DNA from: Seison nebaliae
Lineage: Eukaryota
DNA: 36,264 bases
Direction of reading: 5' to 3'
Assembly (NCBI GenBank): GCA_023231475.1
Contig: JALJEE010000608.1
Span: 1-36,264 of the forward strand
The position numbers and the translations under genes were made by a program. Below are positions 27,017-36,264 of this stretch, piece by piece; within the stretch, counting starts at the first letter, position 1; the number at the start of each line of letters is the position of its first letter. A model generated the notes under the pieces. That model did no database searches, had not been told where the DNA came from, and saw nothing but the letters and a program-made list of their open reading frames with translations.

Positions 27017-29655
27017 TCAATCAATAGGAGCAAATTCTCGACGATTTAGTTCGTATAACGTCTTCATTTCTTGCATCAGATCCTTTTCTTCCAACTCCAA
27101 TAATCGATTACCGTCGAACCACGATTTCAGCATTCCATCTGCCGATTCCTCATAATCAACAATTGAAACCAAATCGTTTTCTTCTATTTTTGTGTTGGCT
27201 TGAACGATCAATTTCCTTGACAATCGTTTTGCAATCACAATCTTTCTCCATTCCATGAACTTTTCGTTGACCGTTGAATATTTCTTGTACATAGAAATTC
27301 CTTCCTTCTTATCACCGATACTCTTGTACGTTTGTAATTTGACGAGGAAATCACTAATAGCCTTAAATCCTTTAGAGAGAATATCAGGAAGATTCATTCG
27401 AACACGAAGATCCGATTGATCTTCCTCGCCCTTTATCTCAACAATCTCTACTGCACCAGCTTCTAAAAGTACTTGTAAGATAACATATCTCGCTTGCATA
27501 TGAGCCTGTCGCCATCGTTGAGTTTCAGGAGTATAGTACTCCAATCCACAAAGACCAGCACGACACATACTCAACCAATTGTTAAAAATCAAATGATCCA
27601 TTTTCTCTGGAGCGATACCGAATAATCTGTTGGAGAAAATTTGAATAGAATTTGAATGACATTAAAATGAAACTTCAAAATATCTTTGTTCACACAAAGA
27701 TATAATCCCACACATTCTGCTCGACATTCTTCATAAGATGATGAAACTTCTCCGAACATTCCATCGTATCCTTCGCCTGAATTATAATAAGTAGTCACTT
27801 TCTCCTTTGTTAATGGATTAATTGTCGATTCTGCATCGAAATTAAATGTTCCATTCTTTAACTACGACAAAAACAATCAACAAATAAAAAATTTAATGTG
27901 TGAACTTTCCGGAATAATTTTCCCGTTCCATGACCCAACAATTCATGGAGACCCACCTGCACATCGAACGCTGGTATTCGATAGTCGGAAAATAATTCTT
28001 TCTCGTTCTCATCGATAAAAGTGATTCGATCTAAATCTTTTTCTTTCAACGAAGCTCCAATGACATTTCCGAGAGAAACATTTTTAAATCCTTCATTCTG
28101 ACGAACTTCATCGTCTGAAATCATCACAAATTATTAAGGAACAAATAATAAGAATGAGAGAATAACAATTGGGAATATTGATTCCTGCAGGAACACCACT
28201 ACCACCGAATGCCAATATATCTAACGACGTGAAATCGGGTTTAAGGAATCGATCTTTCTCATACTCCTTTGACCATGGCAATGTCGATATATATTTCTCC
28301 GCATTTTTTACTAAATCTCCAAATACTTTCGACCGTTCAGCATTCACCATTGAAACAAATCCTTCGAATTCTCCTCGTTGACCAGTCGGGTCGCGATATG
28401 TTTCAATAAATCCGATATAACTAATGAAAATTCCATTAAATCAATGAATATAATAAACACGAATAAATTATTTAACCTTTCTACTGACGGTCGAGTATCT
28501 AAAATCCAATTACGACTACCATCAATGTGGGCGACTAATGAACCGGTTCGGAACGATTCAATATATTTCTCTAACATTTCCTTTTGATAATCATTGGCAG
28601 AATTTTTCTAACAATTTCAAATTACATACGAAACATTTCATAATTCAAATATGGAACTTGTGCCTTTTCCAAAAAATCTGCACAACGTTTCATTAAAATA
28701 CAGTGATCGCCACGTACTATACGGAATTTCCTTTCTTTGAATTGTATCGGTGTAAATAAATCAAATCCATCAATATTTGCTATATATTCAACATAGGATA
28801 ATTATAGAAATTATTTAAATGCTCCAAAACTTTTTGTACTTCCTTGAGAGGCAATAATAATCTTTAATTCACCAGATGATCTATCTTTTGCTAATCTCGT
28901 ATTATACGGTTCAATGTGCTGTAATTGATGATAAATATAATTAATGAATTTGAGTACATGTAAATATTAAACTCTTTCACTCATAAACACTTTAGCTGCG
29001 TCTGCATCTTCTTCCGTGATATTGGAAGTCAAATAAGTAGTCGTGCCTTTACCATCATATCCTAATTGACGTTTAATCGGTTCTAACGAGAAAATGTCGT
29101 CCACAACCTCTTTTAATTCATTTTCTTCAAAAAGAACAACATCACGAAATATCTCCGTATAAAGTTTAAGATATTTTTCCTTTATCAAAATAATTTGAAG
29201 AAAAGAAAAATAATAATTTCAAAAACTTTTGGAATATTTGGAACAATCTTCGTATCGCCAAAACCTTTATAGTTCCCCATATAACATAAGACACCCGAAT
29301 AATAGAAGATTAATGCTTGGTATTCCTCTTCGGTCAATACTTCGCAACATTTCTTCTTCATCTCTTCCATTGACGACACCGATCGAAAAGTGGAGAACAT
29401 CAGCAAGAAAATGGCTGGTGATTCCACCGACGTCTACAGAGAAAAAAGAAAAGTTTTGAGAAAAGAAATTCATAAAAGAAATTGTCGAACTTGATACAAA
29501 GTGATCAGACTTCCATACCATGTCGCCTTCGCCATATAATGAGCATATTGTTTCTGCTTATTCGTCAAACGTTCAAATGCTTGTCTACAACTCAAAAAAG
29601 TGAATTTTGTATCTTTTCCCACTTCGAACAACGACATCTCATCCTCCTTATTCAT
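27017..29655 (-). CDS. DPP3: Dipeptidyl peptidase III (peptidase M49), about 726 aa, 10 exons (29655-29491, 29433-29227, 29179-28973, 28918-28831, 28779-28658, 28607-28477, 28420-28167, 28114-27906, 27861-27674, 27626-27017)
   Basis: Catalytic HELLGH and EECRAE motifs, plus [49 protein letters not shown] and [10 protein letters not shown]. Nine GTT..AG introns give a continuous frame. The start ATG is uncertain (29655 or 29637). Confidence 0.96.
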
Positions 29656-30326
29656 TATTTTATTAATTTCCAAATTGGAAAACTTTCTAAATTAAATTTT
29701 CAATGAATGTCGGAAAGAAAACGTGAATGGGAAAAATTGGTAGAAGACAAATAAACTGAAACGTTCCTAGATGATGTTTCACAGATGAGCCGGAACGAAG
29801 AAAGAGTTTTGAGAAATTTCTTATTAACATTGCAAACACAAAGCTTCTTTGTGAATTGTCCTAACATAAGAAAAATTTCAAATCATATTCCAATAACTAA
29901 CAATGTAAAATGAAATAAGCGAATTTTACATATTAGAAATTACTTTAAGAATTCTCAAATCAACTTATAACTGTTAGCAGTCAATTTTTAAGTACCTCAT
30001 ATTTTCTGGGTTTTGTCAGAATTATTATTATCGTTGATTAATTTAATTTTTCCTTGATTGTGAAATTGATTTTACCGAAAATAATTGATCTCGATCTATA
30101 GTTGATGGTTTTTTCAGTACTATATTCTTCTAATTCTTTTTAATTCGAAATACTGTGCAATATCTATTCAAATAAGTAATTGGCAGGTGAATAATAAAAT
30201 AAAGTTAAAAAAACTTACGATTGATGTTGGAAGATGATTTATTTTTTTCGGCAAGTTTAAATTTTATGTTTAAACTCAACTTGTGAATCTACCATCCATC
30301 GAAACTTCATTTCACTTTTCCATAGT

Positions 30327-32105
30327 TAGGTGTCCCGTGAATTGAGACACATTTTTCTCCACAACAGAGACAATATTGTTTCCTTTCTTTATTTCTTTTT
30401 TTTTTTTGCTGTAGATGTAAATCCCTATAGATAAATAAAAATTAAAAATTCACGACATTGGTCGTTGGTTATTAGTTCACGGCATCTTGCGATATGATTT
30501 TTGAGATTGTCGGGAAACAAGTATACGAAGGAGAATTCATCTATCTTGCATTGTACAACCGGGTAGGCTTCGGAAGAGTGTAATACGAACAGAAAAAGGA
30601 CAATGGAGACGTAAGAGGTAACAAATCGTTAAAAGAAGGAATAGGAAATTCTGAAGCATCCATCTTCTCTAGTAAGGAAAGATACTGGTTTATCAACAAA
30701 ATCGGAAACGGAAGAAGATCGACAATGGAGAACATAAATGCTCTTGAAAAGGAGCACTTACAACCTAATAAACTTCGAAATTCGAAGTTCGAATGTATCG
30801 ATTATATGCTCGATCTAAAGCGTACATTGATTTCATTGAAAAGGATATAGCTGCCTGTAGGTCGTAGAAATCGCAGCAAAAAGTATGAAACAACTTCATT
30901 TTTAGAGAAATCGGAAAGTATTTACAACGATGATTAAGTGAAAAGCTCTAATGAACTTGCATCTAATATGATCGACAGTTGCAGAACTCTTTTTCTTACA
31001 GTCTAAATAACAACCAAGAGATTTGCTGTAATTTCATTTATATTCATTAATCTCTTAATATTTCTGGAGGATCGATAATAGGAATATCTCTTTCATTCAG
31101 TTTAATATTCGTCAACAATTTAGATTTCGAATTATTACATTTTATGCCACATCTCACAAGTAGGGCTGGGGGAATCCATGATCCTTAAATGAAAAGGATA
31201 AGTAGGAGCCACAGTCATACTTAGGATCGATCCAACACGTCGTTTGAAGTCGATCCTTCTCAACTTGAAATATTTTATTGAAAATAACTTTAAATTTTAT
31301 CTAAACTGTGTATAATTTTCGACATTAATCTAATATTATAGTATGAAGTTATACATGTTAAAGGTTTATTTTTTAAGGGCTACAAGATGGTTTGATTTGT
31401 TTTGCATTTAAATTCATATTTTTTCTGACATTTCAGTAATTTTGTAAAAAAAATTACTTTTCTAAAATATGATTCTATTTTTTCTAAATTGTACTGAATT
31501 ATCAGAAAAACTTGTACACTGTACAAGTTATCCTATTTTCTTATTAATTTGCACCGAGGGGATTTGATTTTATAAATAAAAAAAAAAAAAAATCAGAGAA
31601 ATGAGTTGGAGAATATAAATTTGAAAATTTTCATGAGAAATGAAACTTGAATTAAATGTAATTACATTTGTAAATGTAGAACTCTGAACTTGGTGGCTGA
31701 ACGTTCAGAAATAAATACACTTTCAACAAAAAATTGGCTATTTTTCAAATTTTTTCACAAATAATTTATTTCTTATTAAAGATCGCTATTTATTAGATTA
31801 CACGTATCTAAAAGGACGATCGTTGGTTTAAAGAAAACCAAATTGAATATATGGATTGGCCCGCTAATAGTTCTGATTTAAATGTGATAGAGGAAATTTG
31901 GAGATCGTTGGCACGTTCGGTATATGAAGAAATGGTACCATTCGAGAGTGTGGAACCACTGAAAAGGAAAATTCAAAATAGTTGGAAAAAATTACCAGTT
32001 GAATTAATTCAAAAACTTGCTTCATCTTTTCCGAAACGAATGTCTTATGTTCTACAGGTACACGGTGATTTCGTCTCCCAAGAATTCTTTAATGTTTCAA
32101 ATTAA
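30327..32105 (+). mobile_element. Degenerate Tc1/mariner-superfamily DNA transposon relic (extent uncertain)
   Basis: Transposase C-terminus at 31801-32105. TIR-like TAGGTGTCCCGTGAATTGAGACAC at 30327 and stop-interrupted basic fragments near 30500-30850 may belong to the same element. I found no matching right TIR. Confidence 0.5.
31801..32105 (+). pseudogene. Tc1-like DDE transposase C-terminal fragment
   Basis: WFKENQIEYMDWPANSSDLNVIEEIW matches the Tc1 WPxxSPDLNPIEN(L/V)W motif. It is followed by the typical L..KI..W..LP...IQKL..SFPKR...V....G tail. A frameshift lies between HVSKRT and WFKEN, and the N-terminal part of the DDE domain is missing. Confidence 0.88.
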
Positions 32106-32484
32106 AAGGATGTTGAATAAGAGGTCGTGCTGGTTTAGTTTAATTCTAATGTATATTTATAATGATTATACAATCATCAATTTGAGATGAGTGAAAATAT
32201 GAAAAACAGAAATTAATTTATTTGAATTTTCGGAAGGTCTTTGTCGAGTTAATTCGTATTCCATCTTCTCTGAATCTTCTTGTGGCTAATACCATTTAAA
32301 TTAGGTTAAGTTTTATTCAGTTTACTTCACTTAAGTTATTGATTAATTTTAAATTTATAAAGAACTTATAAAATTTATGTAAATGGTTGGAAATAGTTAT
32401 GAACGAACGGAGTTTGGCACAAAAGAATGTTAAACTAACAATAACAATAGAAAAGAAACAGAATAGAATTCAGTTCGTTAGTGG

Positions 32485-34337
32485 TCAAAAATCAGAATAT
32501 GGATTTACTATTGCAGATTTAGTACGACTTCGAGTATTATAAGACTTTTTTATGGTTTCTATAGTAAATTTAAGAGTTATCTTGGTCAAACATAAAATAT
32601 AAAATAACTTTTTTTGGTTAATTTGTCGGTGGTGTGTTGTGTGGAAGATTTTGAATTATTATTCAATTCTTCAATACTAAACAAAGAAGACTCGTTTTCA
32701 TTCATTCTTTCTCTTATACTTTCCATCAGAGTTCGACTTTTATTGTGCGATATTAAAGTAGAACATTGTTCTGTGTTACTATTCTCTTCATCTAATAGTT
32801 TGAGATTGACATTCATAAATCTCTCAATACTCGTCATCAACACAATTAAATCTTTATCTTTAATTCTTGTGTTCATCTTCATCCATTGAACGAATCCAAT
32901 TCGAGAATTATCTATTCTCACCAATAATTCTAAAATATCAGAAAATTCCAAAATATTCTTTTTCTGTTAAAATGCCAATTATGAATTTTGTCTTGTTAAA
33001 TTTAACTTTTAAATCACACGTCACAAGTCTATTAATTCCTTCAATCTGATTTATTTTCGGATTATCTTCTATATTACAATCACTTAAATTCACTTTCTTC
33101 TTCTCCGACTTTGTTATTGAAGTTTTCGAAATTATTCTAGGACTTTTAGTTCGTAGAATGTCTGGAGGAATTATCCTAACAGTTTCTTCATCTACTAAAG
33201 TTTTAGTTATTGATGTTTCCATTGGCAATTCATCATTTATAGAATCCATTTGATTTATTCTTCTTATCTTTATCGAATCTCCTCGACAAGATATTTTACT
33301 ATTAACATTCTTTAACCTTTTAATAATGACATTTGCCGGTTTTCTGGTATTATTCATTTTTGTAACTGTTGAAGGTTTATAATATGATGGATTGAGTGAT
33401 TCCTATAAAGTATTTTATGAAAATAAAAAATGTCTAATTTTAACTGTTAATTTGGATGTATTATCTAATTCCGAATTATTTTCCATATTTAATTCATTCT
33501 TATAATTTTTCATTGATTTCAAATGAAAAGATGTTTCATTCTTCGTTCGATCGTTCAATAATTCTGTAGATGAATTTAATTTCCGCTTATTTTCTTTGCG
33601 CAATTCCATATCTTTCAATTCTGGATTAATGGTTCGCAGACGAAAAGTTGAAAGTGAAATTTCTTCAGATATCTTCAAAAATTTATTGAAACTTCAAAAA
33701 AATAACAAGAAAACTTCATTTTCATGACATTGACATATTCCGGATAAGGTTTCCGACGAGGACTCATCACATGAACATAATTCTTCATCAGATTCCTTTA
33801 TTTTGAATTGTAAATAAAAATCTTCTTATTAAATGTTCTTAAATTAACTTTAGATTTGGATGTATCAATATCTGACATTTGATCACTATTTATCGTGGAA
33901 TCTTCACTACTTTCTTCTTCCTCTGTAAATCTCATTTTTTTCGAATATATTTCATCATCATCTTCTGACGATTCTTCTAATTTATGTTTGAGGTTTTTCT
34001 TAATTTGATTTGATATATTCGATTTGATAATACTACCATCATCTTCTTTCTTACCTACCTCAACTTCACCTAATTCAGATGGACATACCACTGGTAACCG
34101 ATGTTCTACTCCCTCATCATCAGAAATGATGAGAATTCCAGTAGTTTCCTCGTCATTCAATTTAACATTCAATCCATTTGTCATTCGCAATTCGTAAATT
34201 TCTTCGATTCCATTTTTATTGTCCAATTTAAAGACGACATTTCTTCTGTCTAACCCATTTAGGTTACAGAAAACGTTTTCTCCACTTCCATCATCCCCTG
34301 CACCACGACCATCACCTTCTTCAATATTCAACATCAT
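32485..34337 (-). CDS. Hypothetical orphan protein, about 540 aa, 6 exons (34337-33849, 33795-33715, 33672-33445, 33402-33007, 32963-32609, 32558-32485)
   Basis: Four collinear minus-strand ORFs plus two short exons join into one stop-free frame using five 42-53 nt GTT..AG introns (33848-33796, 33714-33673, 33444-33403, 33006-32964, 32608-32559). The protein is charged and S/E/K/N-rich, with no family recognised. Confidence 0.75.
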
Positions 34338-35307
34338 AATTATGAAAGATAGTTGATAAATTCGATTAAGAAAAATTTTATGATTTTAATATATCTATAA
34401 TCGAAAAATAAAACAAATTGTAAGGGGGGAAATCTCATATTCTTCAATTATTTTCAATTATTTATTCATATTAAAGAATAACGGCAGAAGTGTCTTCTGG
34501 AGAAGTTTCTGGCCACTAATTGAATTACGCATGCAATTGATGGAAATTGTATTAAATTATGATCATATGAATCAGATATGATTGATAAAGATTCGTTAAA
34601 ATAGTTTTCACTGTATACCAAAATTTATTTTAAAAAACAACGACAATGAAATATTAAAATAAATTAAATTTCTAATAATATCCACAATTATTACACGTTA
34701 GACTAAACTGCATAATTCCGTTTCAAAACTGAACAATCCTGTTTTTTGATTGGATCAAATAAAAACGAAACATTTTTGCGCTTTTCTTATGTCGAATTTG
34801 AATTACTATAAATTTGAATATCTATTTTTCATTTTCCATTAATTTAATTTAAAGTTTTCCGTTAGAATTGAAAATTTTTTATTAGAAATTGTTTTTTCAA
34901 CAGCGCCAAGTTCCGAATAAATAATGGTTTGGAACGAGAAACGGACTCCCGGATTGGATATCTGGTTGAAGGTGTAAGTTCAAATCTCCCAGGAAATTGT
35001 ACAAATAGTATCAATAGAGCCACCTCAGAGTCTAGCGCTATATATTCCACTGAAAAAGAAACAGTTATTACTTCTTATAATTGAATATAATGTGAATCTT
35101 TTATATTAGATATGATATTAAATTAGACGTTCCAGTTCCAGTTGCAATTTGAACTAACTTGATAATCTGGAAACAATTATTCCATCAACGATTTCTTATG
35201 TCGATGTGGAATTATTAATGGATATTGCCATTTATTTTACTGTTCCAACTGTGGTTTTCATTACACGTTTATAATTATAAATAATTATAATTTCCGATAT
35301 GGTTAGT

Positions 35308-35541
35308 GTCTTCAAGGATGTATTATGGAATTGGAACAAATGCTGAGAAGATTCACTATTTTTATAACTCTGTTAATGTTGTTATGACTTAAATGATTTT
35401 ATCGTTTAACTGTCGTCCTCATTACAGAATTATAATTTTAATCTATTTTATTTATTTGCAGGTCTTCGATGATGTATTATAGAACTGACTTTAATACTGA
35501 GAAGATTCACAATTGTTCTAAAATTCTTGTTAATATTGTTA
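35308..35541 (+). repeat. Diverged direct duplication of about 78 bp (35308-35384 and 35462-35541)
   Basis: Shared blocks GTCTTC, GATGTATTAT, CTGAGAAGATTCAC and TGTTAAT(G/A)TTGTTA in the same order and similar spacing. Confidence 0.75.
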
Positions 35542-36188
35542 GAAGAATTACCTGGAACTACTGTTTACAAAATAATGTTTGATCGTTCTGGAAAGGATTA
35601 TGGTACCATTAAAACTGATATGAATTCGTATCTCTCGAACTTTATTCAATTTATTTGTTTACGTAAGTCAAATGGAATAATCGATTAAATGAATTGTTCT
35701 CTTTGTAAGTTACTGGAATTTGCAACTATTGAGGATATTCTCAGAAATTGTAAGCATAGTCAATATTAACGATCTATTATAATTTATAATTGAATAAATT
35801 AATTCTTTTCTTGATATGTTTGAAGGAAATTCATATTAATAAATCCAATTATATCATATTTCTTACATAATATTTCTTCTTTCTCAATTATCAAATACAC
35901 TTTGTTTAAACTTAATTGAATAAAATTCTTACAAATTCAATTCTTACACATATTAACTCTTCACTTATAACATTCATTTCCGTAAGCGATAACGAATTTA
36001 CAAATGCAATTTGATATCGAAAATTTCATCAAAAATCAAAACACTTTTCTTTCATCAGAAATCAAAATAAAATTCTATTATCGATCAATATTCAATTATC
36101 CATAACTTTTTCCCTATTGCGATCCGTTGGAATTTATTGACTTTTATTTATTAATTTAATATAATGGAAGTACTCAAATGTAAAATAT

Positions 36189-36261
36189 GGTTCGGTGGTG
36201 TAGTGGTTATCACGTCTGCTTAACACGCAGAAGGTCGCGAGTTCAATTCTCGCTCGAACCT
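36189..36261 (+). tRNA. tRNA-Val(AAC)
   Basis: GGTTCGGTGGTGTAGTGGTTATCACGTCTGCTTAACACGCAGAAGGTCGCGAGTTCAATTCTCGCTCGAACCT. Acceptor GGTTCGG/TCGAACC, anticodon stem TCTGC/GCAGA with AAC, T arm GCGAG-TTCAATT-CTCGC. Confidence 0.93.
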
Positions 36262-36264
36262 AAA

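Noticed and set aside
27800..27825. DPP3 lacks the KEAP1-binding ETGE motif (reads NPLTKE)
   Set aside because: ETGE is mainly a vertebrate feature, so its absence in an invertebrate is unremarkable.
1084..29655. Fragmented ORFs read as pseudogenes, frameshifting or an alternative genetic code
   Set aside because: Every break is explained by a short GT..AG intron that restores conserved residues. TAA and TGA serve as normal stops.
2164..33848. U12-type (minor) introns as the explanation for the odd donors
   Set aside because: No RTATCCTT donor and no TCCTTAAC branch consensus in any of the introns.
34485..34512. Heat-shock-element-like GAA/TTC cluster upstream of the orphan gene
   Set aside because: Only two correctly spaced nGAAn units, which is common by chance in this base composition.

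Overview
AT-rich genomic DNA from an animal with a compact, intron-dense genome and the standard genetic code. The taxon cannot be fixed from this window. It contains tRNA-Ser(CGA), two divergently oriented Shaw/Kv3 potassium channel paralogs about 12 kb apart, a 94-aa tail-anchored microprotein ORF, MFAP1, CBP/p300, dipeptidyl peptidase III, a degenerate Tc1/mariner relic, a 6-exon orphan gene and tRNA-Val(AAC). The main signal is in the splicing code. All 23 introns I reconstructed by hand (18 anchored by protein homology, 5 by reading-frame continuity) are 42-67 nt and begin with GTT, never GTA or GTG. Only 2 of 23 have G at +5, the last exon base is A in 19 of 23, and near-perfect canonical donors such as CAG|GTGGGT lie apparently unused inside essential exons. 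This points to a rewired 5' splice-site recognition system with consensus AA|GTT.
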